DNA of 64,000 nucleotides from Alphaproteobacteria bacterium (GTDB lineage Bacteria; Pseudomonadota; Alphaproteobacteria; Caedimonadales; UBA1908): NCBI GenBank assembly GCA_013911655.1, contig JACESU010000002.1, positions 330,112 to 394,111 of the forward strand, read 5' to 3'. Shown piece by piece: positions 56,545 to 64,000 of this stretch (position 1 is its first letter; each line of letters starts with the position of its first letter). The notes under the pieces were generated by a model. It saw only the letters and a program-made list of their open reading frames with translations, ran no database searches and was not told where the DNA came from. The position numbers and the translations under genes were made by a program.

Positions 56545-57504
56545 TTACGAAGCCATTGATTTTTTAGCGTTTTTCAGGCCTTCGGTCAGCTCTGGCACGA
56601 GGGTAAAAAGATCCCCCACAAGGCCGTAATCGGCAATCTGAAAGATTGGTGCGTCGGGATCCTTGTTAATGGCCACAATCACTTTGCTGTCTTTCATGCC
56701 TGCCAGATGCTGAATGGCACCGGAAATGCCGATGGCCATATAAAGTTCGGGCGCGACCACTTTACCCGTTTGTCCCACTTGATAATCATTGGGCACATAG
56801 CCTGCATCCACGGCCGCGCGTGACGCCCCGATGGCGGCCCCCAAGGTGTCGGCAAGCGCTTCAATGAGGCAAAAGTTCTCTTTGCTTTGAAGGGCGCGCC
56901 CTCCTGAAACCACGATGCGGGCTGACGTCAGCTCTGGACGCTCGGACTTGCTTTCGACAACGCTGACGAAACGAGAAAAAGAGCCGCTTGGAAAATCGCA
57001 AGTCACACGCTCAAGAGACGCCTTTCCCCCGCGCTCGACTTGCTTATCAAAGGCTGTGGGTCGAAGGGTCAGGGCCACCGGTAGGCTGTTCACTTTAACT
57101 GTTTCAAGGGCATTGCCTGCATAAATGGGGTGTACGAAGGTGTCATTGTTTTCGATACTGATAACGTCAGAAACCTGGATGATCCCAAGGCGCGCGGCGA
57201 TACGCGGGAGGATATTTTTGCCAAAGGTGGTGCCGGGTGCAAGGATATGTGTAAAGCCCGCGGATTTTGCTACAACGACGTCACTTAAAGGCTCGGCGAT
57301 TCCGTCCTTGAGGCATGCATCTTCACACAAAAAGACTTTTGCAACACCGTTGAGGGTGGCGGCTTCTTCGGCAACGGACGCGCATCCGTCTCCTGCCACC
57401 AGAAGGGTCACGTCCCCATCCAGTTTCTTGGCAGCCGTCAGGCTGGCAAAGGTTGCAGGTGAAAGCGTGCGGTTATTATGTTCTGCAATGATAAGAATGC
57501 TCAT
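56545..57504 (-). CDS. etfA: Electron transfer flavoprotein subunit alpha
   Basis: GASRAAVDAG, QVGQTGK, GISGAIQHLAGM, AINKD. Confidence 0.97.
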   Translation of the reverse strand: MSILIIAEHNNRTLSPATFASLTAAKKLDGDVTLLVAGDGCASVAEEAATLNGVAKVFLCEDACLKDGIAEPLSDVVVAKSAGFTHILAPGTTFGKNILPRIAARLGIIQVSDVISIENNDTFVHPIYAGNALETVKVNSLPVALTLRPTAFDKQVERGGKASLERVTCDFPSGSFSRFVSVVESKSERPELTSARIVVSGGRALQSKENFCLIEALADTLGAAIGASRAAVDAGYVPNDYQVGQTGKVVAPELYMAIGISGAIQHLAGMKDSKVIVAINKDPDAPIFQIADYGLVGDLFTLVPELTEGLKNAKKSMAS

Positions 57505-58253
57505 GAAATCACCCGTGCTTCGTTGGTTAATTTTTGGATGAGGGTTGTTACACTATCCACCATGATACCGGCTTTACGCACGGGCGGCTCTGTGACCTTG
57601 AGGACTGTTGTTTTGGGTGTCAGATCAAGGCCAAAGCTTGCACTTTGGACAATATCTAAGGGTTTTTTCTTTGCTTGCATGATGCTGGGAAGCTTTGGAT
57701 ACCGCGGTTCATTCAAGCGAAGGTCCACACTGATGACGCAAGGAAACTGACAGCAAATGGTTTCAAGCCCGCCATCAACCTCTCTTGTGACGGTGACGTC
57801 GCGCGCGCCCACCTCAATTTTAGAGGCAAACGTGGCCTGGGGCCAGTTCAAAAATCCTGCGACAAACTGCGCCGTCTGGTTGGCGTCATCATCGATGGCT
57901 TGTTTGCCAAGAAGGCAGAGGTCAGGCTTTTCTTGTTCGACGATTTTTTGAAGCACTTTTGCGACCCCAAAGGAATCAAGGGGGGCATCGTGCTCGACTA
58001 GGATCGCCCGGTCAGCACCCAGCGCAAGGGCCGAGCGCAAGGTTTCTTGACAAGCGCTAACACCCAAGGATACCACGACAATTTCCGTTGCTTTGCCGGC
58101 TTCTTTCAGGCGCACAGCCTCTTCAACGGCAATTTCATCAAAGGGGTTCATGGACATTTTAACGTTACTAAGGTCAATGCCTGAGTGATCAGCCTTGACG
58201 CGGGCCTTCATGTTGTAGTCAAGTACGCGCTTGACGGCCACAAGAATTTTCAT
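57501..58253 (-). CDS. etfB: Electron transfer flavoprotein subunit beta
   Basis: MKILVAVKRV, MNPFDEIAVEEA, GKQAIDDD, NEPRY; start ATG 58253. Confidence 0.97.
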   Translation of the reverse strand: MKILVAVKRVLDYNMKARVKADHSGIDLSNVKMSMNPFDEIAVEEAVRLKEAGKATEIVVVSLGVSACQETLRSALALGADRAILVEHDAPLDSFGVAKVLQKIVEQEKPDLCLLGKQAIDDDANQTAQFVAGFLNWPQATFASKIEVGARDVTVTREVDGGLETICCQFPCVISVDLRLNEPRYPKLPSIMQAKKKPLDIVQSASFGLDLTPKTTVLKVTEPPVRKAGIMVDSVTTLIQKLTNEARVIS

Positions 58254-58379
58254 GGAGTGCCTTCCCTGTTTATGGTCTAAGGCTTTTATTGTAGGACAAA
58301 AAACATGACGGCTCAAGGCCAGGTTCAAGGTATAAAAAAAGAGGGGTCGCCCCCTCTTTCTTAAAGGTCTTCAATCAGA

Positions 58380-59717
58380 TTAGAATTTCCACTGGATCTT
58401 CGCACCGATCAGGTTGACGTAAGCTTTTGAGGTTGCTGAAAAGTTACGTCCAGCCAAAGTTGCTTTTCCTTGGTTGCGAGAACCGTTTAGGTTGATCTCA
58501 GCACGCTTTACATGGATAAAGGTGTAATCCAACGATCCTGTAATGCTGTCGGTGAACTTTTGCTCAAGACCAGCCGAGAACCAAACGCGGTTGGCATCAG
58601 GAATACGGGGTGAACGGTAGTTGTTACGTGTCATTCCCATGTCATAGGCAACACCAAATTTGAGGAGGGTGTTTTCTGTCCATTGATAGCCCGTTCCAAG
58701 GGCAAAGAACCACGTATTGCGGTTCTTGTAAATTTCCTTGGATTGTGTCACAGCGCCTGCAGCTAGAAGGGGCGCTGATGGGTTCCAGTCATAGTTGATG
58801 TCGATCTCATTAAGGCGTGCCCAACGTGTGAACTGGATGTCGGCGCGTACGTTCCACTTGGCGTTAAGATCATGGTGCGCACTGAACGTCACAGTCTCTG
58901 GAAGCGTTACATCTGCACGCACCTTGGTCGCGTCAGGGGCTAGGAGCTGGCCAAGACGGTTGTTAGCACGATCAGAAACACGGAATTCACCAGACAGGCT
59001 GTGTTTGATTTGTGAGCGGTAAGCAAGGGCAAAGCGTGTGTGCTTCCAGGGTTGGAACAAAACGCCTGCGTTAAAGCCGTATCCCACATCGTTTCCATGA
59101 AGGGTGCCCTCAGAAGTGGGGCTGCCGGCATTAATTTTTTCAAAACCTTCACCGAGGACTGCCTTGATATACTCGACAGAGAAACCACCACCGATGGAAA
59201 GCATATCATTGATCTTAAAAGCCACGGCAGGGTTCACGTTCACGGTCTCAACACTTGAGCGTGTCGCAAAAAGCGTTCCAAGCCAATCCTTGTTATAGTC
59301 TGTCTTCAGGCCCCAAGGAGCAGTGATGCCAAGACCTAGTCGCACGGTTTGGTTTACATGCCAAGCAACATAAGCAGCAGGCAGGGCAGCAATCGTTCCG
59401 CCGTTATCACCATCATTGCCAGTCATGGCAGCGCCTGTGAGGCCTGTGGAGTTCTTGATGTCATACTTTACTTGGGGGAAGACGCCTACAAGAGAGCCAC
59501 CCACGGCATTTTTATCAAGGGTCGTAAGCGTTGCGGGGTTGTCCCACTGGGCCGCAACATCACCTGTTTCGGTCGCGCTTCCTGCGTGTGCATAACCTAG
59601 CTTTTTTGAGTTTGTTTCACGTAGTTGGAAACCAGCCGCTTGTGTCTCACCTGTGCCAATGGCTACAAAGCCAATGGCTGCGAAAACTGACGCATATCGC
59701 CAATTAAAATGCCTCAT
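58380..59717 (-). CDS. fadL: OmpP1/FadL long-chain fatty acid outer-membrane transporter
   Basis: Signal then AGFQL.E..LG.A.AG, NPA motif, PWGLKTDY, C-terminal Phe. Confidence 0.9.
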   Translation of the reverse strand: MRHFNWRYASVFAAIGFVAIGTGETQAAGFQLRETNSKKLGYAHAGSATETGDVAAQWDNPATLTTLDKNAVGGSLVGVFPQVKYDIKNSTGLTGAAMTGNDGDNGGTIAALPAAYVAWHVNQTVRLGLGITAPWGLKTDYNKDWLGTLFATRSSVETVNVNPAVAFKINDMLSIGGGFSVEYIKAVLGEGFEKINAGSPTSEGTLHGNDVGYGFNAGVLFQPWKHTRFALAYRSQIKHSLSGEFRVSDRANNRLGQLLAPDATKVRADVTLPETVTFSAHHDLNAKWNVRADIQFTRWARLNEIDINYDWNPSAPLLAAGAVTQSKEIYKNRNTWFFALGTGYQWTENTLLKFGVAYDMGMTRNNYRSPRIPDANRVWFSAGLEQKFTDSITGSLDYTFIHVKRAEINLNGSRNQGKATLAGRNFSATSKAYVNLIGAKIQWKF

Positions 59718-59939
59718 TATGTTACTCCTTAACTATCTGTTTTAAAGTCGCTTCCTGCTCGTGCGAGATTGGAAGTAGGCTCTATCACGAACGAGTAAAG
59801 AAACAATTCAAGATAAAAGCAACTAAAATTCTTTTGGATTCACTTTTTTGTTGATACTCTGTGGATCGAGTGAGCAAATCGCTCTTAGAAGCGATCCTCA
59901 ACTGTTGAGAAAAAAGACAGAACAAAGAAGGGTAAATTA

Positions 59940-60410
59940 ATGAAAAATAATACTTTTTTAAGGGGTTTGGTTGCAGGGTTTGTTTTTTTCGGTGTGACAT
60001 TTTCGCATGCCTCACTTGAGGGGGTCTGGCGTACACAAAAATCCGAAAAGAATGCAGATATCAAAATTGAAAAGTGTCAGGACAATCCTAATACATTCTG
60101 TGGAAAAATTGTCGCACTTCAAGAACCAACCTATCCAGATGGCACGCCTAAGGTTGATAAACACAATAAGGATGCCTCAAAGCAGTCTCGTCCTCTTTTA
60201 GGGCTTGAACTTATTTCAGGATTTAAGGCTGGCGGCGATAAAGAGTGGGATGATGGTAAGATCTACAACCCTGAAGACGGTGATGTGTATGATTGTACAA
60301 TCAGAATGTACAATGAAGGAGGCGAGGACAAGCTAGAGGTCCGCGGGTATGTGGGCGTGCCGCTCTTTGGCAAAAGCCAAACATGGGTTAGAAAAAAGTC
60401 TCAGGATTAA
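59940..60410 (+). CDS. DUF2147 family exported protein
   Basis: G.W.T, CGKIV, D..N.D...RPLLGL, W..GKIYNPEDG..Y, L.VRGY.G..LFGKSQTW. Confidence 0.88.
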   Translation: MKNNTFLRGLVAGFVFFGVTFSHASLEGVWRTQKSEKNADIKIEKCQDNPNTFCGKIVALQEPTYPDGTPKVDKHNKDASKQSRPLLGLELISGFKAGGDKEWDDGKIYNPEDGDVYDCTIRMYNEGGEDKLEVRGYVGVPLFGKSQTWVRKKSQD

Positions 60411-60425
60411 GAGGCCGAGACCTCA

Positions 60426-60457
60426 ATAAAAAAAGCCCCGTTCGGGGCTTTTTTTAT
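60426..60457. terminator. Bidirectional intrinsic terminator
   Basis: ATAAAAAAAGCCCC-GTTC-GGGGCTTTTTTTAT. Confidence 0.85.
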
Positions 60458-60465
60458 ACCCTCTA

Positions 60466-62241
60466 TTATGATGTTATTGATGTATGGCCAGCCTTGTGAA
60501 GGGCGTCAAGAACGTCTTTTTCAGATAATAGTTCGGGCAACACAATGCCTTGGGGCACTTTGGGGCCGTAGACCACATTGAAAGGGATCCCTGCACGAGA
60601 AAAGCGCGCCAGATAATGGGTGATGGTGTTGTTGTGGGTTGTCCAATCGGCTTTGAGTGCAAGGATTTTCGGATCTTTAAGAAGTTTCTTCATTTTTTCT
60701 GTGTTGAGCACAAGAGCCTTATTCACCTGGCACGTGGTGCACCACGACGCTGTCACGTCCACAACTACAATTTTTCCGTCTTTAAGAGCAGTCTGAAGCC
60801 GTTCTTCATCAAAGGGTTGCCAAAGGGATGTGGATTCTTCTGTGAGGGCCTTGGTGAACGGGGTGGTGGAGAAGAGAACCGCTACAAACGCTCCTGCCAC
60901 AAGCCCTTTGCCAAGATAGGACAAGCGTTTTTGTGGAGCGTAGGCAAGGATGCCCCCCCCTAAAAGAAGGGTGATCACAAGGCAGGCCATGAAGAAGGTT
61001 ACATGGTGGGAGAAAACCCACAAGAGCCAAAGACTTGTGACAGCCATGATTACTGAAAAACACCGAGATAAAATCTCCATCCAAGGACCTTGCTTGGGCA
61101 GTGGGAGTTGACGTGGGGCCAGTGCATAAAGAAGCGCGTAGGGAAGGGCGAACCCAAACCCCATGGCTGTGAAGATCAGGAGAATATCAAAAGGGCCGCG
61201 GGAAAGGGCGTATCCAAGGGCTGTACCAAGAAAAGGGGCGGTGCAAGGGGTTGCCAGCATGGTTGCAAAGATGCCTGAAAAAAAATTCTCATAGAAAATC
61301 TGATAATGGGGATGTTTGGCACCTAAAAAGAGGTTCAAGCGATGCTGCAAGGTCGGGGGAAGTTGAAAACTGTCATCATTCCAAAGACCTTTTGCGAAAA
61401 TCGCCATGAGAAGAGCCATCAGCAGTAAAAAGAAGGGAGATTGGAAGTGAAGGCCCCACCCGGCTGCTTGTCCCGCCTCTTTAAGGAAAATCGCAATAAA
61501 CGCCAGCAGCGCGAACGAGACCATAATACCAAGCCAACTGAATAGAAGACTTTTTTTGTAAAGGCCCGGATCTTTTTTCAGTGTAATAAAGCTACGCACT
61601 TTTAAAGACAAGACGGGTAACACACAGGGCATGGCATTGAGAATAAGTCCGCCTACAAAGGCAAAAGCGACCATCAGCCAAAGGGAGGCAGAAGGGGGAG
61701 GGCTGCTGCTTTGGCCCGTGCGAAAGGCAAGGATTTGAGGAGCGTCCGGCGTGGGACTCGCAGCTCCTGCGGGCAGATCAAAGGAAAGCACTTTTGTGAT
61801 GGGGACACACTGAAGCGAGCAGGCTAAAAACTCAACTTTTCCTCTTAAGTGCAAGGGTTGTCCTGGCATAATGGGGTCAATGGTCAGGGGTAAAATGACG
61901 TCTTTGTCATAGCCATGTAGCGTCTCGTCATTTTCATGGAATTCTTTGGAAGCCGGCCAACTCACAAGGGGCTGCTTGAAGTTTTCATCAAGGTGCCATT
62001 CAAATTGAGGATAGCGTTTAAAGAGATCATCACCGTGAGGGGGTGGTGCGTAGATTTTCCAACCTTTTTCAAGGGTAAACTTTACCCCCAGAAGAAGTGT
62101 TCCTTGGGATCCAGTTGCGCTGACACTGCTAATCACAGAAACGTGAACAGGGCTTTCTTCTATGGCGTATATCTTTGTAACTTGTGAACTAAGTATCAGA
62201 GCTGCTAGAGTAAAAACCATAAGACGTAAAAATAAGAACAT
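60466..62241 (-). CDS. dsbD: Protein-disulfide reductase, DsbD family
   Basis: N-domain GWKIY..CSLQC, LNAMPCVLPVL, ATPCTAPFLG, thioredoxin WCTTC. Confidence 0.9.
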   Translation of the reverse strand: MFLFLRLMVFTLAALILSSQVTKIYAIEESPVHVSVISSVSATGSQGTLLLGVKFTLEKGWKIYAPPPHGDDLFKRYPQFEWHLDENFKQPLVSWPASKEFHENDETLHGYDKDVILPLTIDPIMPGQPLHLRGKVEFLACSLQCVPITKVLSFDLPAGAASPTPDAPQILAFRTGQSSSPPPSASLWLMVAFAFVGGLILNAMPCVLPVLSLKVRSFITLKKDPGLYKKSLLFSWLGIMVSFALLAFIAIFLKEAGQAAGWGLHFQSPFFLLLMALLMAIFAKGLWNDDSFQLPPTLQHRLNLFLGAKHPHYQIFYENFFSGIFATMLATPCTAPFLGTALGYALSRGPFDILLIFTAMGFGFALPYALLYALAPRQLPLPKQGPWMEILSRCFSVIMAVTSLWLLWVFSHHVTFFMACLVITLLLGGGILAYAPQKRLSYLGKGLVAGAFVAVLFSTTPFTKALTEESTSLWQPFDEERLQTALKDGKIVVVDVTASWCTTCQVNKALVLNTEKMKKLLKDPKILALKADWTTHNNTITHYLARFSRAGIPFNVVYGPKVPQGIVLPELLSEKDVLDALHKAGHTSITS

Positions 62242-62323
62242 AAAGCTGGCTCCTGTATGCCGTATAAGTGCTGAGTTTAGCTAGATTGTGAAAAAAAACC
62301 AAGGGGGAGGCGTAAAAGCGCGA

Positions 62324-62890
62324 ATGTCGGACGGAACCTTAACGGGAAGCCTGCTCATTGCTATGCCCCATATGCAAGATACGCGCTTTGCCCAAAGTCT
62401 TGTGTATATCTGCGGTCATGATGAGATGGGGGCCATGGGGCTGATTATCAACAAGCCCATTGAAGGCCAAAATGTAGCGGATCTGATGATGCAGTTAGGA
62501 CTTGAGAATAGTGATCAAGGACTCGTCTCAAAACCTATTCACCTTGGAGGCCCCATTGAAATGGGACGAGGATTCATTCTGCATTCGGATGATTATAAGC
62601 AGGATGGCACTTTGCAAATTGAGGATCGTTTATGCTTATCGGCAACCCTCGAAATTCTTATTTCCATGGGCCAACATAAGGGGCCGAGGCAAAGCATCTG
62701 TGCGTTGGGGTATGCTGGTTGGATGGCAGGGCAGCTTGAAGGGGAATTACAGCAGAACAGCTGGCTAGTGCTCACCCATCCCGACGCTGACCTTTTATTC
62801 TTTACGCCCGATCAAGATAAATGGAAGAAAGCCTTTGACAAGCTTGGAGTCCATCCAGAACTTTTATCCTTTGATGCTGGACACGCCTAG
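62324..62890 (+). CDS. YqgE/AlgH family protein
   Basis: LLIAMP.M.D..F, GAMGLIINKP, GGP..RGFILHS, GYAGW..GQLE.E, AGHA C-terminus. Start may be 62288. Confidence 0.93.
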   Translation: MSDGTLTGSLLIAMPHMQDTRFAQSLVYICGHDEMGAMGLIINKPIEGQNVADLMMQLGLENSDQGLVSKPIHLGGPIEMGRGFILHSDDYKQDGTLQIEDRLCLSATLEILISMGQHKGPRQSICALGYAGWMAGQLEGELQQNSWLVLTHPDADLLFFTPDQDKWKKAFDKLGVHPELLSFDAGHA

Positions 62891-62939
62891 ATATTATCCA
62901 TTAACATAGTAAATCATAATAATAATGGGAGGTGAAGTG

Positions 62940-63788
62940 ATGCCACGTGTCACCATTCGTGATTCTGAGTTTGCATATAAAGAATACGGCACAGGGTTTC
63001 CTGTGATTTTTGCCCATACTTTGTTTTGGTCTGGGGAAATGTGGGCGTCCCAGGTCGAGCATTTTTCTAAAAAGTATCGCTGCCTTATACCTGAAATATG
63101 GGCCCATGGGGACAGTGGCACCAGGCTTGAGACAGAAATTTCCATGGATCAATTGGCAAAAGATTTCTGGGCTTTTATGAAAGCCCTGGAAATCGAGAGC
63201 TGCTTTTTTGTCGGCCTGTCTACTGGCGGCATGATTGGGGCTCGGATCGCCCATGATCATCCTGAGGCGTTCAAAGGGCTTGTGGTGATGAGTTCGTACC
63301 TAGGGGCCGAGTCTGTGGCTAAGCAAAACGAATATCTACCCATGATGGACGCGGTCGCGCGGGCTGAATTTTTCGCCCCAGAACTCGTAGAGCTGATTGC
63401 ACCGTATATTTTTGGTCCACACACCTATAATACAAATCCTGATCTGATCACACGGTTCAAGCGCTCACTCTCCTCGATCTCTTTTGCCAATGTGCCGACC
63501 ATTACCGCGGTGGGTAAGGGTATGTATAACAGACCCACCTATTTACAGGAGTTGCGCTCTTTGTTAGTGCCAACTTTGTATATGGTGGGTGAGGACGACA
63601 TGTTGCGTCCCTTGGAAGAAACGCGCCAGATGACAGAGCTCACACCTAAGGCGCGCTATTCGGTGATTCCAAGAGCCGGTCACGTACCATGTGTTGAGCA
63701 GCCAGAATCGGTCAATGAAGAGCTGGAGGCATTCTTTGAGGAGATTCTTGCCTCAGGTGATAAAAAAACAGGTTTGAACGTTGCATAA
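62940..63788 (+). CDS. Alpha/beta hydrolase (PcaD-like fold)
   Basis: HGDS, GLSTGG nucleophile elbow, G.DD, AGH...EQP; GGAGG RBS before ATG 62940. Confidence 0.85.
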   Translation: MPRVTIRDSEFAYKEYGTGFPVIFAHTLFWSGEMWASQVEHFSKKYRCLIPEIWAHGDSGTRLETEISMDQLAKDFWAFMKALEIESCFFVGLSTGGMIGARIAHDHPEAFKGLVVMSSYLGAESVAKQNEYLPMMDAVARAEFFAPELVELIAPYIFGPHTYNTNPDLITRFKRSLSSISFANVPTITAVGKGMYNRPTYLQELRSLLVPTLYMVGEDDMLRPLEETRQMTELTPKARYSVIPRAGHVPCVEQPESVNEELEAFFEEILASGDKKTGLNVA

Positions 63789-63804
63789 ACGTCAGGGAAG
63801 AAAG

Positions 63805-64000
63805 ATGAAAAGAAGAATACTATTGGGGATTGTGGGATTCTTTCTTTGTATAGGGAATCCTGCGCTGGCGTCGTCCCCTCAAAGCGAGACGGTTCACAAA
63901 CAGGAAGAGGCTTTGACCTCTGCGTCAGGAGAAAGCGCCCAAGCCCTAAAGGCCAAAGAAAAACAAAAAGAAGTGACTGACGTGCCTCCCCCCCCACCTC
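63805..64000 (+). CDS. Partial exported protein running off the window end
   Basis: Not in the ORF track. ATG 63805 reads MKRRILLGIVGFFLCIGNPALASSPQ..VPPPPP with no stop; Sec signal with ALA cleavage motif. Confidence 0.65.
   Translation, partial: MKRRILLGIVGFFLCIGNPALASSPQSETVHKQEEALTSASGESAQALKAKEKQKEVTDVPPPPP

Noticed and set aside
55787-56629. 280-aa plus-strand ORF, and other long antisense ORFs over clpB, typA, hflK and tssM
   Set aside because: They are shadow ORFs opposite conserved genes and have no recognisable motifs
1-64000. CRISPR array, rRNA, IS/transposase, prophage
   Set aside because: No regularly spaced direct repeats, rRNA signatures, transposase/integrase motifs or phage structural genes were seen

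Overview
Chromosomal segment of an alphaproteobacterium, most likely a host-associated or intracellular Holosporales-like lineage. This is inferred from ChpT, an LsrB/VtlR-type LysR, tRNA-Leu(GAG) next to lipB, a Rickettsiales-style GltD-PyrK fusion, and many orphan proteins with signal peptides. Most of the window is intact housekeeping genes: ubiA, rsmE, acs, rpiB, clpB, ctaA, pgk, lipB, typA, fbaB, rluD, degP, hflKC, mrp, asd, hemB, etfAB, fadL, dsbD. Four accessory features stand out. (1) At 9.2-16.2 kb is a tandem array of three large paralogous exported proteins with a signal peptide, a TPR-like or helical region, a basic NLS-like patch, a K-x-K-T motif and a C-terminal HicA-like domain. 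No HicB antitoxin lies nearby, so these are candidate host-directed RNase effectors and the best candidate for an undescribed system. (2) At 18.2-20.3 kb is a second three-member exported family sharing a PxWxD-x4-WY[VI][VI]D motif; two copies are split by single-base frameshifts. (3) At 32.8-34.5 kb is a third pair of exported paralogs. (4) At 44.5-53.9 kb is a partial T6SS operon (tssJ-K-L-M-A) led by a membrane-anchored SPOR protein, with CtrA-like boxes and no tail genes. A umuDC pair next to an FAD oxidoreductase may be horizontally acquired. No CRISPR array, rRNA, IS element or prophage was seen. All calls come from motif recognition by eye; no database searches were run.
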